A DNA stretch of 64,000 nucleotides from Rhina ancylostomus (Eukaryota): positions 25,768,480 through 25,832,479 of the forward strand of contig JARFYF010000029.1 of the NCBI GenBank assembly GCA_030265395.1. Reading direction: 5' to 3'. Each line of letters begins with the position of its first letter. Position 1 is the first letter of the stretch. Made by a program: the position numbers and the translations under genes. Under the pieces are notes generated by a model. That model did not search any database. It worked only from the letters and a program-made list of their open reading frames with translations, and was not told the DNA's origin. Below, in pieces: positions 24,300-37,500 of the stretch.

Positions 24300-25224
24300 C
24301 TAAAATCGACCAGGACCAAGGTTTGTGTTGTATATGTGATGTTATGTTAACGTCTTGTTCAATCTTAAACTAGCTGTTGAGGGGAAAACCCTTGAATTTG
24401 ATGCTGAAATGTAGAGTTCAAATCTTTGCTTCATTCAACTTGTATACTAAACCCATTTATCTTCAAATCTGGCATGTCCAAGAGTTGATTTTGGACTGTT
24501 TTTAGCTTAACAGCTATAACTTTCAAAACTGCAATTAACTTGGGTAAATCATGTTTCTGTTCTCCTTTTTAGCAAGGTTATGCAAGTCCTTTGTGTAAAA
24601 TTTCTAGTTGCATGGAAGAAACACAAAATTAGAATGTTAGTACAAATGATCAAGGAACTAGATGATGTAGTGGTTAAAAATGTGACCTTCACATTTACCT
24701 CCCAAATTAAAACTGAGCCCAGACTCCTGAGGTGTATATATGTATCATCTGCAATGTGCAAGGGTCCTCTGTAAAATGAACTCTTGTCTCATGTTTAACC
24801 TTCATGGACCTACAGCCCAATAGCAGCTTAGCACAGTTCGAAAGTATGCATGAAGTTTTGCTGGGGTGAAGTTTTATAAAGTGTCGTTATATTTAAAACA
24901 AAGACAGTTTAAGTTAACATTTTGAAACTTGAGCAAAAGCTTTAAAATATAAATGAAAGGAACACCGGCTGGAATTGAATTTGCAGTTCCTACTTGACTT
25001 TATATCTCTAGTTGGATTTGAGGAATGTTATTGATCTTACTGTGCTGTGGCTGACCAGGAAGTGTTTGTTTCTGACCCTGAAGTACCCAAATCTAAAGCA
25101 TTGTGTTGGCCAGCACAAAAATAATACAACCTAAATTCAGTCATTTAATTTCTTGGAATGAAATTTAGCAGGAATTTAGCAGTCGTGAGTGATTATTGTT
25201 TAATGTGCAGATTTCAATGTAGCC

Positions 25225-25410
25225 AGAAATAAAGTGCAGAATCCTTGAACTAGCAGGTCAGGTAGCACCTGTGGAGGGGGATAAAAAGAATTAATGTTTT
25301 GGATCAATGATGTGTCAAATGAAAGGCTGCTATCAAGAAACAATAACTGCTTCTCTGATCATAGATAGTACCTATCCTGCTGAGTATTTCCAGCATCTGT
25401 ATGGTTTTAT
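25225..25410. repeat. Short imperfect palindromic repeat (Penelope/MER6-like)
   Basis: The left arm agcaggtcaggtagcacctgtgga is roughly complementary to the right arm catagatagtacctatcctgctgagtatttccagca. Confidence 0.6.
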
Positions 25411-26036
25411 CCTTCAATAGTGCTATTTTCTCATCTGCTTCCTATTTAAGGCCATTAATTTCAGTGTTTGCTATAGTTCATCACCAGTCTTATGGCATGC
25501 CATGCTAACTACGATTCTAAAGAACTCCATCGTATGGATTGATTTGAGCCAAATTGTTGTACGTTAATGTACGACCTTTTGGGACTACAAAAGACATTGA
25601 AAATGTTGGGAAAGGCTTTTGAGGTTATTGCTAGTAGTAGTCATAAGTATTTTAAAGCTTGACAGTCCTGCTGTTTTGATTTTTAACACTTCAAACTAAC
25701 AACATGATATTTTTAAAAAAATGAAACAAAAGTGGTGTTTCAGTCTCTATCACCAAGGCAAGATTTTATGTCAATGTGATATTGTCTAGTTTTGTTTCTG
25801 TGGGATGGGTGTGAATGGTGGTGGGGCAGTGTGATGAGGCATGTAGCAAAGAATACTGAGTTTCTTAGCTATTTCTGTCAGATGTTACCTATATTAATGA
25901 TTGCAATAAATGATGAAGTATGGTGTTATGGAATAAAGGATAGTTTGATCTAGCCTTGCTTTAATATGACCTGCTTTTTCTTCCCTTTCTTTCCCATTTT
26001 ATAATCTGTTGGATGGATGGCGATTTACACTCGAAG

Positions 26037-26291
26037 ATGGTTGTGTGCATTGCATTCTTGCCTGCCTATTCTGCGAATTCGTCACCTTTTGCAACATTAT
26101 TCTGGGACAAGCTTCATGCGGTATCTGTACATCTGAAAACACTTGCTGCTGTTGTGGACCAGATGACTTTGGGGATGACTGTAACTGCCCGTGTGACATG
26201 GACTGTGGCATAATGGATGCCTGCTGTGAGTCCTNNNNNNNNNNGCTTGGAAATTTGTATGGAATGCTGTGGGATATGCTTTCCTTCGTGA
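26037..26291 (+). CDS. MDFIC: MDFIC canonical terminal coding exon (I-mfa Cys-rich domain)
   Basis: aag|26037, phase 1. DGCVHCILACLFCEFVTFCNIILGQASCGICTSENTCCCCGPDDFGDDCNCPCDMDCGIMDACCES[N-gap 26235-26244]LEICMECCGICFPS-TGA(26289-26291), nearly identical to the recalled human MDFIC C-terminus. The apparent frameshift is at the 10-N placeholder gap. Confidence 0.96.
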
Positions 26292-27900
26292 TCATCTGAA
26301 TTAACATGATCTTTAAAACAAGGCTTAAAAAAATAGAGATAACAGAGATAATGTCTCCTCATGGACATGAGGTACCAATGTGCCGTGATTATTCTCAGCA
26401 GACCAGATACACTCCAGTTTTTACATTGGTATTAAAAACAATTACTGTGGAAATGTATATCATCTCTGAACTAATATGGGCAATAGATCTGGCATGTTTA
26501 TTTGTTAAACGTGCAGTACAACTTCACAATTAAAGCTTGCGAGTTTTGCTTTATTATTAGGCAAAGATGTTGCTGTGGAATATTGTACATGTCCATGATT
26601 AGATTACATATAGTTTCAAAACCCAGAGCAATTCCTGCACAAACTTTTATATGTATTAATGTTTTGTATTGTTATTAAATATGTCTTAAGTAATTGGATT
26701 ATACACTTAATGGAGTTTACAATCCAGGCTAGTGGCTTTCTGTTCTGATTTTTTTTTTGTTTTAATTCAAATTAAAGGAAGGGGTTTGGTTGCTGATTCA
26801 ACTAAATTATTAATTATATGCTCATTAATATAAACAAAGTGTATAATCTTTGTGTTTAGTGCCTTAATTTCAAAACCAAATTTTGTAAAAGCTTTTTATT
26901 GTATCCAACAAACAGGAACAATTGTTACAAGTCTTCATCTCTGCTTATTTTCCTGAATGAATTGTTTTAAATTATAAATTTACTTAAGCATACCTGCATG
27001 GGGAATTGGGAGGGCTTTTGAATACACATGTATTTCATTAATTTAAGATCTTTTCTGGAAACTTATTGAGTAGAATAGCAGTGAACCAAATGAAGTTGAA
27101 CAGCAGTGCAGCATTGCACGATAGAAATATTTACTTTGGAAAAAACAAATTACGTTTTAATTTGTATGTAGTTTCTCTTTCTGAGAGAAACCAAGACTGA
27201 CCATATATTTTTATAGCTTGTTTTATTTTTACAGACTAGAGCATTGGTCCAAGCCATGTACTTAAAACCAATCAAGACAAATTAAAAATAAAAATAATTA
27301 GATTCAGTCAAAACATTGGTTACATTTTATTCAAAATGCATGAATACACAATCTAGTTAACATATTGAATATGTTGTGCACATTTTGTTCTCTTAATGAT
27401 AATAACTTGAAAGATTTGCTTCTAATTTTAGTTTTATGATGGAAGAGATGAATTGAGAACCATGTGGCAATTGGTTTATGATTTAACAGAGTCCTGAAAG
27501 AATTTGTGCAAAGGACATTGTCTTGAACATATATACTTTCACATGTACACAGCTTTGTTAGACAAATTGCATTTTGCCATCTTAAATTGTTTTATGGGAG
27601 AATGATGGAAATTTAATTATGTGATTTTTAGATTTGGAGCTTGACTGCACACTTCTATCAAAGAATATTGGTATTTATCCATGACATTTGACTTGTTATC
27701 ACCTTTGTATTTGAAAGTTAGTTTGTAGGTAGAATGGGGGAGACCATAATTTGGTGTCCCATATTTTAATATATAATTAGGTAAAGATTTACCATAGTAA
27801 CAGTGTACATGTGTATTGCAAAGAAATCAAAAATACCATCAATTTTTGAATATATTGTACTTTCATGAATTTGTTATGAGTAATAAGGTTCTACATGGTC
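26292..27900 (+). other. MDFIC: Probable MDFIC 3' UTR (end not determined)
   Basis: AU-rich sequence with no repeat that I recognised after the stop codon. Candidate poly(A) signals include ATTAAA at 26529-26534 and AATAAA at 27287-27292. The real 3' end needs transcript data. Confidence 0.5.
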
Positions 27901-30900
27901 AATCTTTTCATAATTTTGCCTCATGGGAAGTTAGGCTCATTCCCTGAGGCCTGTGAATTCAGAAGAAATGTCATCCTAGTATAACTACTTGAATTGGAAG
28001 TGAGAGTTTGGTGGAGGTTGAGTGAAATGAGCTCAACTTTTGAATGAATTGTCTTTATTCCCAATTTAATCAAAGGAGTTATGAAGTTTGCAAACATGTT
28101 ACAATATTTGCCTATTTGCCTTCCCCCTCTTTATTATCAGAATACTTTCAACCTGCTAGTGGCATAGCAAAAAGACTTGTACAGAATTTACAATGGAATC
28201 CAGTTTGGTTTTTGAATTCAGGATGCCCAAAGTCAGTGGTTCAGAGGAAATGTTTCCAATTGACAACAGATTACGATTCCATATGTGGTGTAATCTGTAG
28301 TGGGTTTACTATTCATTAGAGTAAGAATTGGAACACAATGGCTTTAGATTGCAAGTTCACTTCGGAATATCTAGAAATTGGATTACACCCATTTTTGGAG
28401 TGCTAATAATGTGAGATACTTCCCAGTGAACCATAATTCCAAATTGGGGATCACTTGGGGGTGGGTGGGGGGAGCCTGGAATATCCTTGTATTACTTGTG
28501 ATTTCCTCCCTTTTCAAGTGCCATTAAAACCTGATTACAGTTAAACAGGCAGGCAAATTATCATTCAGGTGCTGACTCATGGGAAGAGCTTTTGCTATAG
28601 GAGCCATGGGTTGCCATGAAAATGAGAGAAGGGGAAGAGGGCAGTAATAGGGCACAAGTCTCCAGCTGGAGTCCCCTTCTTTGACACACAGCCCAAGCAA
28701 ACACAGGCAGTGGCAGAGTTGGGCCACAGATAGAGGTAGGTACAACCTGAAGTTGTTGACTCATCAATGCTTTACTCTGCTCAGGGCAACAGGCAATAAA
28801 ATGTGTAATAACTTGAACTAACTGCATAGATAGGAAGAAGGCAACAAAGTACATAAATCATTCCTGTGCTCAAACTACCTTGTACCTGAACCTTGCAGAA
28901 TAGAAATGTGCAGGGTGCTCTTTCTTTCAACATTTACCTATGCCACCTGTTGGAGATGTAATTGGATTCCTTCACTGGATTTTCACTACATTGTGTTGTC
29001 TGTGGCAGTGAAGGTCATTGTGGCTATACTCTTTTCATGCAAACTGGCTTCTTGCAAACTGCTTTTGGTTATGTTATAGCATTAATTAGTTGCACACAGG
29101 AATCCAGCAGTTCACAGATGTATTCTTTACAGGGTAATGGTTCATTTTCTTACCCCTGCAGCTATTTGGGATAAATGAGCACTGCTATGTTCCTGGAGGT
29201 TGGCTGGAGCCCTCTGTTTTCTACCTACCCAACTCCCCACATCATTGATTCTCAATAGGAAATACTTCACTTTGTTCAACTTTCGGTCCACGTGGCTGGT
29301 TATTATACTGACACCCAACTTAGAAAAATGTTTTCTGACTTGGAAATATACTGACTGCCATCTTCATAATTTCATAATCTTGAAGTGCAGAATTTCCTAG
29401 CAGAAGGCCTTCTTTGCACCCATGATAAATTCCCTTTTTATTACATTCAGATTACTGGGCAGAAGCCTGGCTACAGGAGGACACGGCCCATCTTGTTCTC
29501 AAGTGATCTCTGATTCCACCCATGCCTGTAATCCTGGGATAAATCAGCCAATGTTAAGGGCTCTCAGAAATCTGCTTCTGAACGATTTGGGTGGGCATTT
29601 TGGTGAGATGCCAGTAAGGTTGAAAATTGCTTGCTGATTCTCGCAATACATAGGAGTATTGCCTGAGAGTTTTGAGTAAGAGACAGAAAATGCAGGGTAA
29701 TTTCTCATAGCAGCAATGCTAGAGGTTTTAAATTAGGTAATTATTGATGAGAGATTCTCCTCTCATATTCACCCTCTCCCCAGTGCACACCACTCCTTCT
29801 GACCTAGATCTGGCACTTACCGCAATGCCTTTACATTGTACACTTTATGCCTGTAACTGTTACATTGCTATAATTATGAATCCAACAGCTGCACCGAATG
29901 GTACAAGCACTTATTTATTCCAAAGGGCTTCAGTCATGTTAGCTAGAAATCACACTTGTGCAAACACCTGGTGCCTAACTTCTGTATTTGGTTTCATATT
30001 CTAATTCTTATGAGATTGTTCTCCAATGGCTGTAATAAAGGATCGCTTCACCAATGGGTCTTAAGATGTCTGTGTTGGCAAATTCAAGCAACTCTGGCTT
30101 TTAAATACCCTGCTGCAATATATTTAGGAACATGTGATCTGACATCAGCAAATTTGAATGCAGGCATTCCATTATCCTGAGAGGCCAGCAGTTGGCTCTG
30201 CCATGGAGCCAAGGCGACTTAGAAGACTGAAACTTGGCACTCCCATTGCTGCTTGCAATCATGTTGGCAAATTCTTCAAGCCCTTTTCTGTCAGCCAAGT
30301 ACCTTTAAAGCTTCCATTGGAACAGACAGTGCCGTCAGTAAAGACTATTGTTGTGGGGCCTCCTTCACTGACCACTGGCTGTGTGATTGATGCTGTGCAC
30401 GTAGAAAGCATGCAGTTTGGAACTAGACTGTTACCTGTTCTACAGTTTTCAATGTTGTTGGGCAGCAGTTGTGTGGAATGTTATCATTCTTCTCAGCAAC
30501 ATTGGTGTCTTGCTATCTTCATCTCTATCCTCTGCCACAGGCACATGATACAAGTTCACCTACCAGTGAGCTGCTTTTTAGACTATTCTATCTCCCTGAC
30601 CTTGTTGCTGATTACTGGTAAAGACAACATTCGGGCTCTTTNNNNNNNNNNNNNNNCTAGAGCTGGTAGTCTCTGAGCTGGTGTCTGGAAGAGCAAGGTT
30701 GAATGACACTTCCTGTTCTACAGTGTTAGGCACTCTGCTACCTCAGGAAGGAAAGAGGGATTATTGACAACCTGCAGCTAAGCAGACTTCTGTTTTAGTA
30801 GATGCCAAATGCCATTTAAACTGAAGAGCCAGGGTTGATACTCTTCAAGATAGATAATGAAATGTTGAGGTAGCACCAACATCTCATCGTGCATTATTTT

Positions 30901-31879
30901 AAACTACCAGGGATTAAATTTAAGCCTTTGATGGACTGTGCTTATTCCTCACCTTAAGCACTGGTTTAAACCAATTTTTACTGCCTGATATGGTTCCAGT
31001 GCAACTTACTGAAATTTCATCTTATACATCAATGAATATTTTGGATTTTTTGACATGATAGAAAACAATTCTAAGTAAATGTTAAATACAGGTTGTGAGG
31101 TATTGTATTTCTTTTCAAAAGTCTACTATGTCATGTATAATTAGTCTATTTTGGTAGCACTTTCTTTAGAATTCCCAGTGGTGCATGAGCTCACCAAGTT
31201 CAATGGGGTTGTAACCTGGAAGTTTGAGTTGAGGGTGATGGCACTTGGTCAATTCAATTCTGCATCTTTTTTTATTTACCTACTCCTTTCATTCTAACAC
31301 TAGTTCATTGTAGATTCGATCAGGTTATCACCAATCCATACTTCCAACAGTTTAATCCTGTTCTGTTGTAAAAATACCACTCCTCTGAAAGTTGTATAAA
31401 ATAGATTAGCACTTATGATCTGCTCATTAAGAATTTTGAAATTTTCTGCACATCAAATAAAACTTTGACTTTCTGTATTATTGACAAGTATGATTAAAAG
31501 CATCCAGTTTCTGTCTTGCATTACACATGGAATGAGTACTTATGGAATACCATTGTTCTGGTGCAAGAATTTCTGGAAAATACCGAATAATGATGTGAAT
31601 TCCTTGCAAAAGAATATCAGGAAGGAGAAATTGAAAATGAGAACCTGGCTAAGGTGAGAAAATTGAATTATTTCAGAAATTGTATTCAATCTCATGGTGT
31701 TGCAAATGTCTAATGATATGTCATTCGCCTGTCTTGGACATCTTTGTGCTGGTGATACTCCCTGGCTTGTTTTGACTCTTGCATGCTTTTATTCATTTAA
31801 CTTTCTGTGCTTTCCTTCCAATCTTCCTGGTTTTTTTTCTTTTCAGGCAAAAGTTGGGGTTGAAGGTTAAGTGTGACCT

Positions 31880-32120
31880 GCAGTCTTTCATAGCTGTTTG
31901 CTTTATCATATTAGACCATACTGCAATCTCCTACCTGGCCTTCCTCTCTGGCATGTTCTTTACTCATTCAGTTCATTTTCAATTACCTTCCATCTTCCTT
32001 CCTCCAACGTTACCTTAACTTTAACCCTCCATGTCTCTTTACCTATTCCAAATTACTTAATCAAACCAAAGGAGGGTGCTGTGAATCCAGAGGACTCCTT
32101 TACCCTCAATCAATGTCCTT
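31880..32120 (+). mobile_element. L2 LINE fragment
   Basis: ORF 31898..32122 has RPYCNLLPGLP, resembling the L2 motif RLDYCNSLLxGLP. Confidence 0.45.
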
Positions 32121-34029
32121 AGCTACAAAAATATAGAAAACACATTTTAATTCATACAAGCTTATATTTCTAACTACCTAGATCTGTTTAAACTCTCTTG
32201 TGCATTTTGTATGTGCTTTATTTTTATCTGGCAAATTTCTTTCTCCATGGATAAATCTACTATCATTTTTTCTTTTCATATACTGCAGTATTGTGTGGAC
32301 AAACAAGTGCAAAATCAAGATAAGTAGATAAAGTACCTGTTAAGTATCTGGACCTGTTAACTATTCTGCAAATTCATTTGAACTGTCAATTAATTAAATT
32401 TAAAAGCAATTTTTACCGCAGATTGGACCTTACAGTTGATAGAATGTTCATTAAAGATTGCTTATGAGAAGCAATACACATGACAATCAAATTTCAGTTT
32501 TGCATGATGGATTTATCTCTTCGTTGTTAAGAATCAGATTGTGATGTCAAAGCTTGGCATGAAAAATAGGCTCAGATTTCTAGTACTCCTCAAATGTGAG
32601 TGATGTTTTCCTGCTAACTATGTGTACATCTTAAGTTGCTTTTGGCAGATTCTGCAGATCAGGTAAATGTTATTCATTTCAATCAGTATAAATATTTTCA
32701 GATGAAAAGGTGCTCTTTCAACATGAGTATGAGAAATTACAAGAGTATTGGAATATAGAGGTCCATAATGAAAGGTGAAGGGCATATTCTACATGCATTG
32801 GAGTACCTGTTGATGACTGCCACTGTGAGAACTTGCAGGAAAGAAAGGTATATTCCAGAAGTAATCTGTTAACTAGGAAATCTTTATAGTCTGAATTCTA
32901 TAGTTTTACAGAAAGATTGTAGTGTTTGAACCATGAGTTAAAAATTGTCACTTTGCTACTAAACTTTAATAGGTAACTATCCATAGGTGTTTTATTGAAT
33001 ACACTTGTATAAGTAATTTGCTGCGCATATGTTATTGTGTTCACAAAGGTAAAGTAACAATTACAGTTTTCTTTGTAACTGCTAAATTGTTTAATATTTT
33101 TACCAGTGTGCATAAAGGTAAAAGACTCCTCATTAAAAGATACCTAATATGACTTGTGTGATTTAAAATTCCTGTCAAAATTATGTTTTTTTATTTCATG
33201 CTTTTTGACTATTTTGAAATGGTCAAAATAATGTTTTAAAAAAATCAAAGCAAGCTGTTATTTTTCTCTTCTAATGAAACCTCTACAAAGTTGGCATGTT
33301 ATCAGAAATTGAGAATATTAATTTACTTAGCGTGACCCACGACAGATCATTTGTTTTAATATAGTGAATAGAAAGCATGCCAACCTAGAGTTGTGTAATC
33401 TCTTGGGAGTGGTATGCACAGTTCAATCATATTACTTTATGGAAAAAATAGATTCTAAGTATGTTTTTCCATTTGTCTCATTAGGCTGCTAACTGAGATT
33501 CAATTCATGACAGTCCGAAATAAATTTGACCCCAGTTTACAAGAAAGCAACCTTTTATCACGTGTTCCAATTTAAGAAGAAAAAAATTTCTGTCTCTAAA
33601 CCATTTCATCTGTATTAGCCTGGCATTCCCATTATGCTTGGGAAATATATTAATAGCTTTGGTGCTATTCAATACATGGAAATATTTCTGATTGTCTATC
33701 TCCTCCTCCTGTGGTATTCATAAAATTTTCCAAGCTTTTGCTGCTAAATATAATTGTGATCATATATTGCAATTCATATAGGTATATATAAAATTATGAT
33801 TTACCAAATTTGTATCTCTTTATTTCAGATATAACCTCCAGAGTAATAGCAATCATCTGCTTTCTTCTTTACAGTGCACCTACTTTGTCCTTTGTCATGT
33901 ATTTAACTGAGCAGCAGCCTTGCACGAGTCTCCAATGTTGTCTGTAAATTCTTGTGGTGTTAGTCAAACATGGGCCTGTAAACCTGATGATTACCACCTA
34001 CAGCTTCCCTCAGTTGATGAAACAGTAAT

Positions 34030-34530
34030 GTTAAGGTGGAAAGAGTGCAAAGAAGATTTATGAGAATATTGCCAGAACTCCAGGGCCTGAGTTATAGGGA
34101 AAAGTTGGGCAAGCAAAGACTTTATTCCTTGGAGTGAAGGAGACTGAGGGGTGACCTTAGAGGTGCACAAAATAAGGAAGAGAATAGATAGGGTGAATGC
34201 ACACAGTCCTTTCCCAGGTAAAGTGAATCAAAAACTGGAGGGCATAGATTTAAGGTGAGAGGGGAAAGATTTAAAAGGGACCTGATGGACAATTTCTTCA
34301 AGCAGAGGGTGGTGCGTATAGGGGATGAGCTGCCAGTGGAAATGGTTGAGGCAGGTATNNNNNNNNNNAATATCTAAAAGGCATTTGGACAGGTACATGG
34401 ATAGGAAAGGCTTTGAGGCATATGGACCTAACACTTGCAAATAGGACTAGCTTTGATGGGCATCTTGGTTGGCATGGATGAGTTGGGCCAAAGGGCCTTT
34501 TTCTGTGCTGTGTTACTCTGTAACTCTATG
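34030..34530 (+). mobile_element. CR1 LINE 3' end, relatively well preserved
   Basis: ggaaagagtgcaaagaagatttatgagaatattgcc (ERVQRRFMRIL), agactgaggggtgacctta (RLRGDL), and tail gggccaaagggcctttttctgtgctgtgttactctgtaactcta. Confidence 0.85.
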
Positions 34531-37500
34531 ATCACTTTGGAAAAAGGCACACGATATTCTCTGGGTGGCTTGGTAGCAGGACCACTAACTGCACTGGGTC
34601 TGCCTTCCTCAAGCAAGCCCAAGTTTCTCACTACTTGTAACACTTTGTATTTCACAAATGTACTTAATGTATCCTTGTTTATTCATTTCATCAATGTTGG
34701 AGTCTACCTGGCCACTGACTGACAAATCCAATCATGCTTGACATTTAGTCAATGGGCATGTCATTTTTATCTTTGCTCAGTACCATTGTTCAGTTCAGCT
34801 CCACTGACTCCACAATTCATCTCTCACATTGTTGTTATTACAGTGACTGTCCCTTGATTAGGTAATATACTGCAATTCTCTCAGTAATGAGGGTTTTGAT
34901 AATAGGTGAGAATACCATATTAACCAGTACTAACACATTAAATCATATACATGTATGTGGACATGCTAAATACTACTATATTATTACAAGGGTGGTGGCT
35001 CTAAGAACATCCTATCCTCAGCAACAGCAGTGTCAAGCAACTGATTGTCAAAGTCCAAGCAACCAGTCTTTCACCACGAGTGTTGAACTATTGATCCATC
35101 TTTGGCCATTTCCTAGGGTTGCGGTCCTTTAACCAATTCGATTCTCTCTGCCTGGTGTCAAGAAGTGACTGAGGGCACTGGATGTAGGAAGGACAATGTA
35201 ACCATTCTGAGATGGGCTATGTTTTGGAAGACTTGTGGTCTATAACTAGTTCAACCCATTCCAATACTGGCACACACTCAACAGTGTGGAAGACCGTCTA
35301 GAATGCCAGAAATCCAGCTAATCATAGTGTGGCATCAAAGAATCCTGGTACAATGGGAATAGAGGGGAAAACTTTCACTGATTTTTCATTTTAAGAAGTG
35401 GTTGTCAGCGGTCCCTTGCATTAGGAGATGTGTATATCCTGGTATTGTATTTAAAAATTAACTCTAAGATTTGAATATGGGTTGCAAGCAATTTTTGGGT
35501 GATAGTCTGAATCTCTGTCTTTCAATCTTTTTCAGTGGATTTTGTCCCTTAATTTGTTTCTCTTTTATAGACTGCAAAGTGTTAACTCCATTTGGATCAG
35601 TATAATTTAGGCTTTAAAGCCTACTTTAATTCCACAAACTGTTTGATTCCTAATGACCACTGTTGTTTGCCAACTCAAGCAATTGTAATTTGCCAAGTAT
35701 TGCTGAACAGTTTTAGTGACTGGCTCCTTCCACTGAATAATTTCCATAACAGCTGCCTCCAATGTCCTCTATAATTGCATTAGTATTTTAAATGTAAAAC
35801 CCTTTCAGATTTTCGGGCTTGATGCAGCTGACTCATTCGCTAAATGATGAGGCTGACAACCAGGAAGTGGAATCAAGGTTCTTGTTGGCAAATCGAGGCT
35901 GTGGGTGCCTTGTTGCCTCTGCCTAAGTGCCTGAAGGAATAGTATAATGGAGAAATGCAGGTCTACTTTGCCATCTTCAAAGCAATACTGACCAGGATAG
36001 TTGAATATAGTACATTACTGGCATCAGGTCATGGAGATCTGGTCCACTTTGTAAAAGATAAGGGCTTTGAAACTGTAGATCTTCAATTTGGAAGATCCTC
36101 AAAGGGCATTTTCTTTCTCTCATTACCTATTTTATAATCTTGTTGTTGACAGAAAATCTTTTTAAAATATGAACAGGTCTCATTTTCAATCCATGTGTTA
36201 ATTTAAGCGACCTGTTTACCTATTTCAACCAAAGTTTGAAAATTAGGAAATCTGAAGGAAGAAGGAATTTTGCAAGGGATTTCTCTTACGAAGGAAGTCA
36301 AATAATTTACCAGAACAAGCTTTCTGGGAAGGCCATTGAAAGAAGGAATGCAAATAATTCAAGAGGGAATTATCTGCAGAAATGCATCTGGATGATATTG
36401 AAGAATGTGGACAGTAGATAAGTCAGTGGGTTTAGAAATAAAACACACCGATTCTTTGTGATTTGTTGTAATGATCTTTCTCTTTTCCTTTTTAAAGTCC
36501 TGATTTTATTTTCATTTATTCATTATGCATAAAATGACTACTTGTGGCTTAGTACAAAGGGTTATTCCAGAGGCATTTCAGCAAGGTGGTGACCCAGACT
36601 GGCATGCTTTTATTAAACATTGTCACAATGTTATCTCAAATAGACAGCTGCTAACATGTGCTTTGGTGCTGCTATTCTTCGCGTACTATTTCAGAATCCA
36701 GGTGCTATTTTTACTGCTGTACTTTATGCATATTTTGTACAGGTAATTGGATGAACCAAGCATGTTGGATATAAACATTTTGATATTTTTCTTATTCTTT
36801 GAAAATATACAACCTAAATCCTACAAAGTTCATAATTCTTTGCTGTTGAGAAAACAATATTGACCTTTTTTTGAGTTAGGGCCACTGACACCTGAACTGA
36901 AGAAAACTATGTATGTTGAAACAATTTGTTGCAACATTGGTTATCAGAAAGGTAATTGAAGTGATAAAACTTCTCTTTCCAAAGAGGAGTGGGTCTTGCT
37001 CTCTTGGACCATTTAGATTGAGATTTTTTTTGTTCAAGAAGATCAACTATTGTTTGATATTAGTTCGTGTCTGCTGTATGTTATTTTGGTTACATTGTGA
37101 TCTGTTTTATTATTGTTTCACACATAGGAAATACAAATCTGAAAATACTTTTTAGAATGATTTCCTTTAAAGCTTACCACTTACAATGTTGCTAAAATTG
37201 CAGATTTAACAGCTATCTTGATATAAAAGTGAATAAAAGAGGGTAAATTTTAGATTTAATATTTTTTTGCTAGTATTTGATCATCTGTAATAAGAAATCC
37301 TGTTCATGATCAGTAAAATACCAGCAAAGAAAACTACCAGCACAAGAGTAAAAAGTTCTTGCTCAAAACAAGTTTTGTCTTTTTTGGATTTGAGTAGCTA
37401 TTATGGAGCTTGGAACTGGATTGCAACTATATTACTTTATATCTTAAAACTTGCATCTGGCACACATCCTACCAATTTTTTTTTCATCATCAGTTCCTGT

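Noticed and set aside
24297-24320. Stop-codon readthrough (TAG-CTA) joining both Cys domains in one protein
   Set aside because: Readthrough would reach the 24320 donor in phase 0, out of frame with the phase-1 canonical exon. The known vertebrate motif is UGA-CUAG.
26037-26213. Overlapping 58-aa ORF from an ATG in good Kozak context at the start of the last exon
   Set aside because: The ATGG context depends on the Asp-Gly codons (human has Asp-Cys by recall), the peptide has no recognisable features, and it is best explained as an alternative-frame by-product.
26235-26244. Apparent frameshift or pseudogenisation of the canonical MDFIC last exon (ORF track reads LGNLYGMLWDML after the gap)
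   Set aside because: The shift coincides with a 10-N placeholder. The conserved S-D-C sequence needs only 6 missing bases, which restores LEICMECCGICFPS*.
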